Assembly: GCA_026399015.1 (NCBI GenBank)
Contig: JAPLRS010000037.1
Span: forward strand, 17,506 to 81,505
DNA length: 64,000 nt
Source: Methylococcales bacterium
GTDB lineage: Bacteria > Pseudomonadota > Gammaproteobacteria > Methylococcales > Methylomonadaceae
Direction: 5' to 3'
This document shows positions 44,290 through 53,910 of this stretch, one piece after another. Position 1 is the stretch's first letter, and each line of letters opens with the position of its first letter. The translations under genes and the position numbers were made by a program. The notes under the pieces are model-generated. The model did not search any database. It saw only the letters and a program-made list of their open reading frames with translations, and was not told the DNA's origin.

Positions 44290-44573
44290 AGCCCTTTGCA
44301 CGAACCAAGTCAAAGTCAGCTATAAATGAGATATTACACACAACATAAATGTCTCTTTAAGCTATTTAAATGACCTAAAATATCTAGTACAAAAGTCCCT
44401 TCCTGATGCAATGATGATTGAGCATGCGACCTTAAAAGAACTCGATGAGGCCCATGAATTAATTAATTGATTGATCAGATACTTTCTAGCCTACATACCA
44501 GTAAACTAGGTGAAAAAGGCTGGCCACCGTTATTAATGTTTAACGCCTTATTTTACATATCGTGCAACCAGCC
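44290..44573 (+). mobile_element. Internally deleted IS5-family remnant
   Basis: Broken peptide QKSLPDAMMIEHATLKELDEAHELIN*/IDQILSSLHTSKLGEKGWPPLLMFNAL; imperfect ends sharing TTGCACGA. Confidence 0.65.
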
Positions 44574-44658
44574 AAGATAATTGTCGCCGAACAGTCATTA
44601 CATGACGCAACAGTGAACTCCAGAATTAAATGAATTAAAATGCTTAAATTACGTATTT

Positions 44659-44994
44659 TCACTCCGCTTTAATACATAAAGATTCTGCTCGACCGGCATC
44701 GGGAGAGATCACCCCCTCTGCATTCACATGCCATCTAAAGCGTAATTGCATACTTTTACTCATTAAAAACGCTCGCTCCACATCATATTGGTCTTGCTCT
44801 TTAAAGACCTGCCAACCTAAATCTCGCTGAGATCGGCTATGAAATTTATCTATTAACACCTGTTCAATACTAAGACCGTCAAGACAAATAGCATTCTTAA
44901 CTTTTTCTTCTGCTGCAACCTCATCAATTTGAGCAATGACATGCTTATTACGCATAAAAGCCAGAAGCAAAAAAACGAAATATTTTAATTTCAT
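44659..44994 (-). CDS. Small putative exported protein, two Cys
   Basis: SD AGGAG directly after amt2; hydrophobic N-terminus. Confidence 0.7.
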   Translation of the reverse strand: MKLKYFVFLLLAFMRNKHVIAQIDEVAAEEKVKNAICLDGLSIEQVLIDKFHSRSQRDLGWQVFKEQDQYDVERAFLMSKSMQLRFRWHVNAEGVISPDAGRAESLCIKAE

Positions 44995-45003
44995 GATTAG
45001 CTC

Positions 45004-46287
45004 CTAAAAATTATAGCCTTGCTGATCATGCTCATTAATATCCAAACCACCAGTTTCTTCCTCATCAGAAACGCGGATTCCTATCAATTTATCAATTAGC
45101 TTAAATAAAATATAGCTAATCAATCCACTCCAAAACACCGTCACAGCTATACCCAATAATTGCATCAGCAATTGATACCCGATACCTTGCTCAGTAACAA
45201 TGCCTATTCCACCCATGGCAGTATCAGCAAAAACTGCCGTCAATAAAGCCCCTAAAACCCCACTCACTCCATGCACAGGAAAGACATCAAGGGCATCATC
45301 GATTAATAAATACTGTTTAATTAGCTGAATAGCATAAAAGCACGCCACACCGGCAATCACTCCAATTAACATTGCCCCTAAGGGGGACACAAAACCCGCA
45401 CCTGAAGCAATCATCCCTAAACCCGCCACCATACCCGTCATAACACCCAAAACACTAGGCTTACCAAATTTAAGCCAATCCATAACAATCCAGGTCACGG
45501 ATGCCGATGAAGCGCATAAATGCGTTGATAACATAGCCATTCCAGCTGAGCCATTAGCCATTAAAGCACTCCCAGCACTAAAACCATGCCATCCAACCCA
45601 CAAAATACCTGCGCCCATAGCCGTCATGGTTAAGTTATGTGGCATTAAAGGCGATTTAGGAAAACCCCGCCGAGGCCCTATTAGCATAGCCCCCACTAAA
45701 GCAGCAACGCCTGCACTGCCATGCACCACAATACCGCCAGCAAAATCCATTACACCCACTTTAGCTAACCAACCATTTCCCCAAATCCAATGACAAATCG
45801 GCACATAAACTAATAATTCCCATAAGCCACAAAATAATAATAACGGAAAAAATCGCACTCGCTCTACTAAAGCACCCACAATAAGTGCAGGAGCAAAAAT
45901 AGCAAAGGTCAAGTGATACATAGCAAAGACCGACTCAGGTAAATTACCTATTAATCGATCAGCATTCATTTCAAGAAAAAATACCTGAGAAAAGCCGCCA
46001 AGGTAAGCCTGCAACGGCCCACCTTCAGTCAGCGCAAGACTGTAACCCATAACAGCCCAGATTAACGAGATTAACGAGGTAATTGAAAAGCAGGCCATAA
46101 TGACCGATAAGACGTTTTTAGTACGAACTAAGCCGCCATAAAATAAAGCTAGCCCAGGCAATGTCATAAATAACACTAAACCGGCCGAGGTTAAAATCCA
46201 AGCCGTATCTGCTGAATTTAATTGATCATCTGCAAAGCAAGCAAGAGGAAACCCAAATAGTACGAACAAGCTGAAAATTTTGTGCAT
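45004..46287 (-). CDS. amtB: Second, divergent ammonium transporter
   Basis: PGLALFYGG, DFAGGIVVH, DDALDVFPVHG. Confidence 0.9.
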   Translation of the reverse strand: MHKIFSLFVLFGFPLACFADDQLNSADTAWILTSAGLVLFMTLPGLALFYGGLVRTKNVLSVIMACFSITSLISLIWAVMGYSLALTEGGPLQAYLGGFSQVFFLEMNADRLIGNLPESVFAMYHLTFAIFAPALIVGALVERVRFFPLLLFCGLWELLVYVPICHWIWGNGWLAKVGVMDFAGGIVVHGSAGVAALVGAMLIGPRRGFPKSPLMPHNLTMTAMGAGILWVGWHGFSAGSALMANGSAGMAMLSTHLCASSASVTWIVMDWLKFGKPSVLGVMTGMVAGLGMIASGAGFVSPLGAMLIGVIAGVACFYAIQLIKQYLLIDDALDVFPVHGVSGVLGALLTAVFADTAMGGIGIVTEQGIGYQLLMQLLGIAVTVFWSGLISYILFKLIDKLIGIRVSDEEETGGLDINEHDQQGYNF

Positions 46288-46393
46288 GATAGGCTCAACC
46301 TTAAATATTATTTATGATGGCAAAAAACATCGTTCTAATGAATGACCGATGCGACTGCATTATAATATTTAATCGCTACTATTCAATATTATT

Positions 46394-47563
46394 TTAAAAA
46401 TTAACAACAACATCCAACACTACTGTTATCTGTTGCTGCGACTGATGATCGTTATAAACATTGATAAGCGCTTGAGCTTGGTCATAACGCAATTCAGGAC
46501 GCATAGAAAAACGACTATTAGGTTTCCAATTAATACCTGCTGTTACTTCATAGTAACTGCCAGGTGTACCTAACGCTAACCGCGCTCCATTATCATCACG
46601 AAACCATTCGCCTCTCAAACCAACTGCCCATGTCTCCGTTAGATCATAAAATAAATAACTACCCAAAGAGTACCAATACACATTTTGCTGATACTGAACA
46701 TTCTGAAACTGATAGGCAAAATCATGCTGAAATACATACCGAAATTTATTACTAAAACTATGCGAAAACACTAAACTAGCCAAAGTCCTCTGATCTGGCT
46801 TTAGTCTATTAATAGCTCCGCTAATAATTGACATCGACACGGTATCAGTTGCCGTATCACTAGCCCAAGAAATACCTCCTAAATAATTGCCCGCTATAAA
46901 ATCTTCATTGAAATTATCCCAACCTGATACGACGCCCGAGCTTAGAGTAAAATTATCATTTAACGCATAACTAAGAAGCACGCCAGAATGTGTAAAAGGT
47001 TCACCATATTGCATAGCATACGCATGTGAATAAAAAAAATTATTAGGTGCAGAAACCACCTCCTGACCCAAAATAGTGTAAAAATGCCCTATTTTAGCGG
47101 CAATACCTTTACCAAAAGGCGCTGAAACTTCCAGATATACTTGAGGAATAGCTAAATCGTAAAGATTTGAAATTGATTGCTGATGAATTAAATTTTTATC
47201 CCAACCCAGCGCTTGTGTAAATCGACTATCAGCGCCATACATTAAATCAACTCGCCCACCAAAATTCCATGAATCTGCTTCTATATCCACACTCTTTTGG
47301 ACAAAAATATTTAATTGATTGAGCTGCAACTCATCATTACGATCATTAAAAGTGATTGGAGAATTATTATGGTTAGCAAAATTTTCTAAATTAGACGTTA
47401 TTCCCGAAGCCATCCAACCACCAAAGGTTAACCGATGCTCTTTAACAAAACTCAATTGATTGAGATCTTTATGAGTTAACACCTCGAAAAAACTTTCTGC
47501 TTGGACCGAAAATGAGCCTAGTAAACCGACTAAAACCCAAAAAAATAACCCGCCTAAATGCAT
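46394..47563 (-). CDS. Outer-membrane porin (BBP2-like), copy 2
   Basis: LQLNQL, GHFYTILGQE, NFFYSHAY, EPFTHSG, RPELRYD, terminal Phe. Confidence 0.85.
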   Translation of the reverse strand: MHLGGLFFWVLVGLLGSFSVQAESFFEVLTHKDLNQLSFVKEHRLTFGGWMASGITSNLENFANHNNSPITFNDRNDELQLNQLNIFVQKSVDIEADSWNFGGRVDLMYGADSRFTQALGWDKNLIHQQSISNLYDLAIPQVYLEVSAPFGKGIAAKIGHFYTILGQEVVSAPNNFFYSHAYAMQYGEPFTHSGVLLSYALNDNFTLSSGVVSGWDNFNEDFIAGNYLGGISWASDTATDTVSMSIISGAINRLKPDQRTLASLVFSHSFSNKFRYVFQHDFAYQFQNVQYQQNVYWYSLGSYLFYDLTETWAVGLRGEWFRDDNGARLALGTPGSYYEVTAGINWKPNSRFSMRPELRYDQAQALINVYNDHQSQQQITVVLDVVVNF

Positions 47564-47705
47564 AAAATTAAACTTTAAACTACTCTAAAAATTGAAACAC
47601 TTCATGCAACGCAAAAAAAACAGATTATTTATAAATGTCGATGTCTTACTATAAAAAAATAATACCCTACTATCAAACAATCAGTTTACTTTCGATTCGA
47701 TATAA

Positions 47706-47754
47706 TGAAATAATATGGTGCGTTAAAATCATAATATCGCACCATTAGGGATCA
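47706..47754. promoter_or_regulatory. NtrC-like half-sites
   Basis: TGAAATAATATGGTGCG and CGCACCATTAGGGATCA. Confidence 0.5.
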
Positions 47755-47790
47755 ATATCAATCTTTAATCCATCGATTTGAGAGGTACAA

Positions 47791-48117
47791 ATGCAATTTA
47801 TCAACACTAACACTTTGAAAAACCAGCAAAACCTAACATTAATAGTCATCGCAATAATACTCATAGTTAGCTCACAATCCTCCAAAGCACAACCGTACGA
47901 AACAATCCAGACAGAATTAAAAAATTGTCAATTTTTAAAAGATATTGAAGGAAAGTCTGGATTTGGTAAAAATTACAATTGGAAAGTACTTGCTAAACAT
48001 TCCGCACTAAAAAAAGCTGAGGAAATCGGCGCAAGCCATATAGTTTGGAAGGAATTTAGCTCGATAGGAGCATTTAATGGGACTGCAACAGCCAAAGCTT
48101 ATCAATGCAACTCATAA
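47791..48117 (+). CDS. Small exported protein (DUF4156/RcsF-like pattern)
   Basis: SD GAGG; signal-like segment; CQFL..IEG.SG, GASHIV, AKAYQC. Confidence 0.65.
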   Translation: MQFINTNTLKNQQNLTLIVIAIILIVSSQSSKAQPYETIQTELKNCQFLKDIEGKSGFGKNYNWKVLAKHSALKKAEEIGASHIVWKEFSSIGAFNGTATAKAYQCNS

Positions 48118-48155
48118 CAGTCAATGTATTAACACTAACAAGCCTGACTTAAAGC

Positions 48156-48525
<370 letters not shown>

Positions 48526-48577
48526 TCAAATATATTTTAATATCTTATCGACATTATCGGCAAGTATAAAGTCAACA

Positions 48578-49735
48578 TTGAACATAAATAACCATAAATT
48601 ACTACCCATAGTTATAAAAATAAAATCCCATAAAACGCAAACGGCCAGTCAAAATATCTTAATAAGCCTATATTGCTTATTACTTTTATTTAACAGCTCT
48701 CCTACAATGGCAGATTTGAACATAGAAGGCTCACTATCTAGTGGAATCAATTTTAATCCATCAAATTCAGCCGTTGGCAATAATGGCCCCATATCAATGA
48801 CTGATCAAAGTGGCCGCCTTAATTTATATCAACTAAACCTAACAATTGAAAAAACCTTAGTTAATAAAAAAAGATGGGATATAGGTGGACGACTCGATTA
48901 TATGTTTGGAACAGATACTCGTTATACTCAAGCAACAGGTCACTGGGATATGAACATTATGCATAAAGAGAGTTATTACAATATGGCAATACCTCAAGCT
49001 TATGTGGAACTATATTCACCTTTAGCCAAGGGAATAAGTGCAAAAATTGGTCATTTTTATACCATCATAGGTTATGAATCTGTACCCAGTCAGCTTAACT
49101 TCTTCTCATCTCATACATATAGCTTTAAGTCATCGCCTTTTACTACCACAGGAACACTATTGAACTACTCCATAAATGATGAATTAAGCATTAATGCAGG
49201 AACAGTTACAGGCGCAGATAACTTTGATCTTAACTTGGGGTCATGGAGTCAGATGAGCAACCTGAACTGGACACATGCAAAAACTGGCACAAACGCATCA
49301 TTCTCAATATTATCGGGAGACGTCTACTTAAAACAGAACTCACAACTTGTTTATTATTCAGCCATACTGCAACAGTCCATAGGCTTATGGCATTTTGTTC
49401 TTCAACACGACTTTGGTAGTCAACAAAATGGACTTAAAACTGGTCAGACAGCGAATTGGTATTCAATTGTGCAATACCTTACCTATCAAACCACTTCTGA
49501 TTGGAATATAGGCATTAGAGGAGAAATATTTAAAGATATGGATGGCTTTAAATATGCAAATGGCCCCGGCACTTATTACGCAATTACTGGCGGATTAAAT
49601 TGGAAACCTAATTCTTGGTTAGTTTTACGCCCCGAAGCGCGTTACGATTGGAGTATTGCACAAATTGCGGTATTTAATGATAACCGATCAAGCAACCAAC
49701 TTCTAATAGGTATAGACGCCATTATTAAGTTTTAA
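48578..49735 (+). CDS. Outer-membrane porin (BBP2-like), copy 3; start uncertain
   Basis: Signal peptide ending PTMA, GHFYTIIGYE, NFFSSHTY, RPEARYD, terminal Phe. Confidence 0.8.
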   Translation: MNINNHKLLPIVIKIKSHKTQTASQNILISLYCLLLLFNSSPTMADLNIEGSLSSGINFNPSNSAVGNNGPISMTDQSGRLNLYQLNLTIEKTLVNKKRWDIGGRLDYMFGTDTRYTQATGHWDMNIMHKESYYNMAIPQAYVELYSPLAKGISAKIGHFYTIIGYESVPSQLNFFSSHTYSFKSSPFTTTGTLLNYSINDELSINAGTVTGADNFDLNLGSWSQMSNLNWTHAKTGTNASFSILSGDVYLKQNSQLVYYSAILQQSIGLWHFVLQHDFGSQQNGLKTGQTANWYSIVQYLTYQTTSDWNIGIRGEIFKDMDGFKYANGPGTYYAITGGLNWKPNSWLVLRPEARYDWSIAQIAVFNDNRSSNQLLIGIDAIIKF

Positions 49736-49880
49736 TGAGACTTGCTTTGGTATATTGAGTTAATCTATTTAATGTAGGAATTCATTAATTAAAAAAGAAA
49801 GTGCTCAGCATTCGCGTGACAAATTTACTACACTTGAGAATTTAACAACATGAAAAACGCGCGTAACTGATTGACTTAGT

Positions 49881-49956
<76 letters not shown>

Positions 49957-49970
49957 TTTATCTCAGAATT

Positions 49971-50044
49971 TGGAGCGGGTGATGGGAATCGAACCCACGT
50001 GATCAGCTTGGAAGGCTGGAGTTCTACCATTGAACTACACCCGC
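49971..50044 (-). tRNA. tRNA-Gly(TCC)
   Basis: GCGGGTGTAGTTCAATGG...CTTCCAA...GGTTCGATTCC...CCA. Confidence 0.96.
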
Positions 50045-50067
50045 AGATAAATTTTGTTTATTTAAGA

Positions 50068-50152
50068 TGGTGGAGGGGGGAGGATTCGAACCTCCGAAGG
50101 CAGAGCCGGCAGATTTACAGTCTGATCCCTTTGGCCGCTCGGGAACCCCTCC
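50068..50152 (-). tRNA. tRNA-Tyr(GTA)
   Basis: GGAGGGGTTCCCGAGCGGCCAAAGGG...CTGTAAA, long variable arm, CCA. Confidence 0.96.
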
Positions 50153-50171
50153 TATATCGGGTAAGCATGCT

Positions 50172-50200
50172 ATTATTCAGCATTAGCTTTATATTGTCAA
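50172..50200 (-). promoter_or_regulatory. Sigma70 promoter of tRNA operon
   Basis: TTGACA-N17-AATAAT. Confidence 0.6.
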
Positions 50201-50322
50201 TAGATTATTGATATTAAAAATTTAATCTATTTTTTACTGCATGTTTTATTTAATAATCCGTAAATAAAAATCGGAATATTGTTCAACGGATGAGTATGAT
50301 AACACAATCACTACAAAGAAAC

Positions 50323-50889
50323 TTAGGAATTTACCGCATTCATGACTACAGACATATCCGAAGTCAACATTTTAGGCACATACAACATACCACTATTTAA
50401 TACACTGACAATCTCACTCATTTCTGTTTTTGATGAAGACGACAATACATAATCTGCTACAGCCTTTCCTGCTGAAGGCCTACCAATTCCAACTCTTAGT
50501 CTATAAAAATCTTTTGAATCAAGATGTGAAATAATATCTCTTAAGCCATTATGCCCAGCATGTCCACCGCCTTTTTTAAGCTTTAGAACACCCGGATTGA
50601 AATCCAATTCATCATGAACCACAAGTATCTCCTCAGGAGATAACTTATAGTACCGCGCCACCTTTGCAACAGCCCTACCACTGCCATTCATAAAAGTAGT
50701 TGGCTTTAAAAGCATTACTCGATTACTCGAAATTACTGGCTCAGCAACAATACCTTCAAACTTAGACTCCACAACCCAAGAACCACCAAATTCCTGAACC
50801 AATTCATCTAAAAACAAAAACCCGGCGTTATGCCGGGTTTTTTCGTAGTTTTTACCTGGATTACCCAAGCCTACTATAAGTTTTATCAT
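50323..50889 (-). CDS. pth: Peptidyl-tRNA hydrolase
   Basis: GLGNPG, TRHNAGF, GHNGL. Confidence 0.97.
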   Translation of the reverse strand: MIKLIVGLGNPGKNYEKTRHNAGFLFLDELVQEFGGSWVVESKFEGIVAEPVISSNRVMLLKPTTFMNGSGRAVAKVARYYKLSPEEILVVHDELDFNPGVLKLKKGGGHAGHNGLRDIISHLDSKDFYRLRVGIGRPSAGKAVADYVLSSSSKTEMSEIVSVLNSGMLYVPKMLTSDMSVVMNAVNS

Positions 50890-51004
50890 ATTTGAAAAGT
50901 ATCGTTTATTTGATTAACAGCACTTTTAACTAAAACCTACATCAACTTAATTTTTAAATCAAATAGCTGGCTAGAAAAAATTTACCAACTACCGTAGTGG
51001 CAAA

Positions 51005-51301
51005 TTAACCAACTCTTAAAAAATCTAAGTGTAAAATTTGAAACTTAGCAGGATTACGTTGTACGCCTTTAAGAACAGCCTGCTCAGCTTTTCCATCAAC
51101 AATTACGTTTAATACATCTGAATATACAGCATCATGCTCAAGATGTTTAATTACTTCGTTATGATTTAGCACCAACATTTGTGGAGCGGAAGATCCACCA
51201 TAAATCACTGCAGGTACATCACCAGCACGACGCGCTCTTCTTGCTACGTTCTTACCTGATTGCTCACGACTCACAGCAACAAATTCAAATACTTTAGACA
51301 T
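51005..51301 (-). CDS. rplY: 50S ribosomal protein L25 (single-domain)
   Basis: VPAVIYGG, HLDFLRV; between prs and pth. Confidence 0.93.
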   Translation of the reverse strand: MSKVFEFVAVSREQSGKNVARRARRAGDVPAVIYGGSSAPQMLVLNHNEVIKHLEHDAVYSDVLNVIVDGKAEQAVLKGVQRNPAKFQILHLDFLRVG

Positions 51302-51379
51302 TTTTCCTCACTATTTTTGAAGTCCGTGCCCAAAAAGCACTAACATTTTAATCTTTAAATACTATCAATATTTATTATT

Positions 51380-52333
51380 CTAATCAACGTAAAGCGAACT
51401 AACCGACTCACCAACCGCTATACGTCTTATCGTTTCAGCGAGCATTTCAGCAACACTCAACTGTCTTATTTTCCCTAAATCTGACGCTTCCTTACTTAAA
51501 GGAATTGTGTCGGTAACAACTAACTCATCCAGATCAGAGTTTCTTAAATTATTCATTGCAGCACCTGATAACACCGCATGAGTACAGTAAGCCACAACTC
51601 TTACAGCACCTCTCTTTTTTAGAGCCGTTGCTGCATGACATAATGTCCCAGCAGTATCTACTAAGTCATCTATCATTACGCAAGTTCGTCCATCGACATC
51701 ACCGATAATATGCATAATCTCAGATACATTAGCCTTAGGCCTGCGCTTATCAATAATAGCTAAATCCGCATCATCTAATCGCTTTGCTAATGCTCTTGCT
51801 CTTACCACCCCACCTACGTCTGGAGATACAACGATAAGATCTTTATATTGTTGACGCCAAACATCTCCTAGCAATATCGGAGAAGAATAAACATTATCAA
51901 CAGGTATATCAAAAAAACCCTGAATTTGATCAGCATGCAAATCAACAGTTAATATTCTATTTGCACCTGCTTGTTCAATCATTCTGGCAACCAACTTTGC
52001 ACTAATTGGTACACGCGCCGAACGAGATCTTCTATCTTGTCTTGCATAGCCATAGTATGGCAATACAGCTGTTATTCGTGAAGCCGAAGCTCTTTTTAGA
52101 GCATCAATCATCACCAGCAATTCCATTAAATTCTCGTTTGTCGGAGAACAAGTTGGTTGAATTACAAATACATCCTTACCACGGACATTTTCTTCAATTT
52201 CAACTGCAATCTCTCCATCACTAAATCTACCGACAGTAGCCATGCCTAAACGCATATTTAGCTTTTTAACTATACCGTTAGATAAAGCGAGATTAGCATT
52301 TCCAGAAAACACCATCATAGAGGTGTCATTCAT
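51380..52333 (-). CDS. prs: Ribose-phosphate pyrophosphokinase
   Basis: [22 protein letters not shown]. Confidence 0.98.
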   Translation of the reverse strand: MNDTSMMVFSGNANLALSNGIVKKLNMRLGMATVGRFSDGEIAVEIEENVRGKDVFVIQPTCSPTNENLMELLVMIDALKRASASRITAVLPYYGYARQDRRSRSARVPISAKLVARMIEQAGANRILTVDLHADQIQGFFDIPVDNVYSSPILLGDVWRQQYKDLIVVSPDVGGVVRARALAKRLDDADLAIIDKRRPKANVSEIMHIIGDVDGRTCVMIDDLVDTAGTLCHAATALKKRGAVRVVAYCTHAVLSGAAMNNLRNSDLDELVVTDTIPLSKEASDLGKIRQLSVAEMLAETIRRIAVGESVSSLYVD

Positions 52334-52372
52334 TCAAGCACTCCCATTCGAATTCGACATAATGGATATAAA

Positions 52373-52447
52373 TGGCTGGGTCGCAAGGATTCGAACCTTG
52401 GTATGCGGAGATCAAAACCCCGTGCCTTACCGCTTGGCGACGACCCA
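52373..52447 (-). tRNA. tRNA-Gln(TTG)
   Basis: TGGGTCGTCGCCAAGCGGTAAGGC...TTTTGAT...GGTTCGAATCC...CCA. Confidence 0.95.
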
Positions 52448-52451
52448 ATAA

Positions 52452-53336
52452 TTATGATATATAGCTTAAGTCTTTTAGCTTAGTCATTAAAGGTGATTCA
52501 TTTAATCCTTTAGCCAAGTATACTTGCCACTTATTGTTTTTAAGCGAACTATATGCAACTTCAGCTAATTCCTTAGACTCAAATTGCGCAAATACACAAG
52601 CACCCGTACCTGTAAGTCTTGCTTCAGAATACTCTGATAACAAAAGCAAAGCTTCCTTTACTGATGGATACTTTTCCTTAACTACCTCAACACAATCGTT
52701 TTGGTGCTGACCTGCTATAAAGTCGTCTATTTTGATCGATTTGCTATTTCGTGTCAAATGTTTCGTTGAAAAAATTTCTTTTGTATTCACATGACAGTCA
52801 GGTTTAACCACCACACACCATTTTTCCAATGGACTAATTTTCTCTAATTTTTCACCAACACCTTCTGCCCAGGCCGAAAAACCACTAACAAAAACAGGAA
52901 CATCTGCACCCAAAGTCAAACCCAATTCCATCAATCTATTTAATGGCAATTTTAAATCCCATAACTTATTCAACACGACTAAAGTGGTTGCCGCATCGGA
53001 ACTCCCACCACCTAATCCGCCACCCATAGGTAAATTCTTCTCAACTTCAATACAAACACCCAACTGACAACCTGTTTCTTTTTTCAGCAAATTTGCCGCT
53101 CTTACCGTTAAATCATCCCCTTCTAAGACACCCGGAATTGTATTTAATAACCTTACCCTACCATCCTCTACTGGATGAAATGTTAACCAATCGCAAATAT
53201 CCACAAACTGAAAAACTGTTTGCAACAGATGATAACCATCACTTCTCTGCCCAACTATTCTCAACATCAAATTTAACTTTGCTACCGCTGGCCACTTTTC
53301 AGCCCAAAGTAGCCCTTTATTCTGCTCTTGCGTCAT
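52452..53336 (-). CDS. ispE: CDP-ME kinase
   Basis: AKLNLML, PMGGGLGGGSSDAA, LTGTGACVF. Confidence 0.96.
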   Translation of the reverse strand: MTQEQNKGLLWAEKWPAVAKLNLMLRIVGQRSDGYHLLQTVFQFVDICDWLTFHPVEDGRVRLLNTIPGVLEGDDLTVRAANLLKKETGCQLGVCIEVEKNLPMGGGLGGGSSDAATTLVVLNKLWDLKLPLNRLMELGLTLGADVPVFVSGFSAWAEGVGEKLEKISPLEKWCVVVKPDCHVNTKEIFSTKHLTRNSKSIKIDDFIAGQHQNDCVEVVKEKYPSVKEALLLLSEYSEARLTGTGACVFAQFESKELAEVAYSSLKNNKWQVYLAKGLNESPLMTKLKDLSYIS

Positions 53337-53910
53337 TTAAATCCCATTGATCTATAATTAATTTCAATTTTACTTTTGGATTAGTTACCGTAATTTTATG
53401 TGGCAAAAGATAGTCATTAATTTTTTGCATCTGATCATATTCAATCATCCACTCAGCCTGTTTAAATCCATTATTTGTTTTTATAAAACTACTTTTTGGC
53501 TCAGGCAAACCTACAACCCAATACCTTAGAGAGCGAACAGGCACAAACACACCCAATTGCTGACTAATAAACTCTTCCGAATGACTAGATGATGAGGTTT
53601 TACCATCACCGCGATCTATTGAAACCAAATCACCCGCCAAATGTATTAATGTCGCGCCTTGACCTAATGGCCCCGATAACTTAACACTCTCTTCATCAAT
53701 AACATGGTGCCAAGCGATATTAGCCTGCCAAGCCTCCTTGACACCTTTTAGCGCCAACCTTCCTTCAAACGACCATTTAGATAAGCTTGATAAACCTGAC
53801 TTTGGCTCAGTTGAATATGCACCAGTTTCCTTAACTTGCTGAGGTGCACAAGCCGCCAACACACCAAAAACTAAAACGAAAATTACTCCAATTAATTTTT
53901 TAATGACCAT
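53317..53910 (-). CDS. lolB: Lipoprotein insertase LolB
   Basis: Lipobox LAAC, LSGPLGQG, LRYWVVGLP. Confidence 0.92.
   Translation of the reverse strand: MVIKKLIGVIFVLVFGVLAACAPQQVKETGAYSTEPKSGLSSLSKWSFEGRLALKGVKEAWQANIAWHHVIDEESVKLSGPLGQGATLIHLAGDLVSIDRGDGKTSSSSHSEEFISQQLGVFVPVRSLRYWVVGLPEPKSSFIKTNNGFKQAEWMIEYDQMQKINDYLLPHKITVTNPKVKLKLIIDQWDLNDARAE

Noticed and set aside
50105-50128. U-C mismatch at the top of the tRNA-Tyr anticodon stem
   Set aside because: A 27-43 mismatch is tolerated in tRNAs and the rest of the cloverleaf is canonical.
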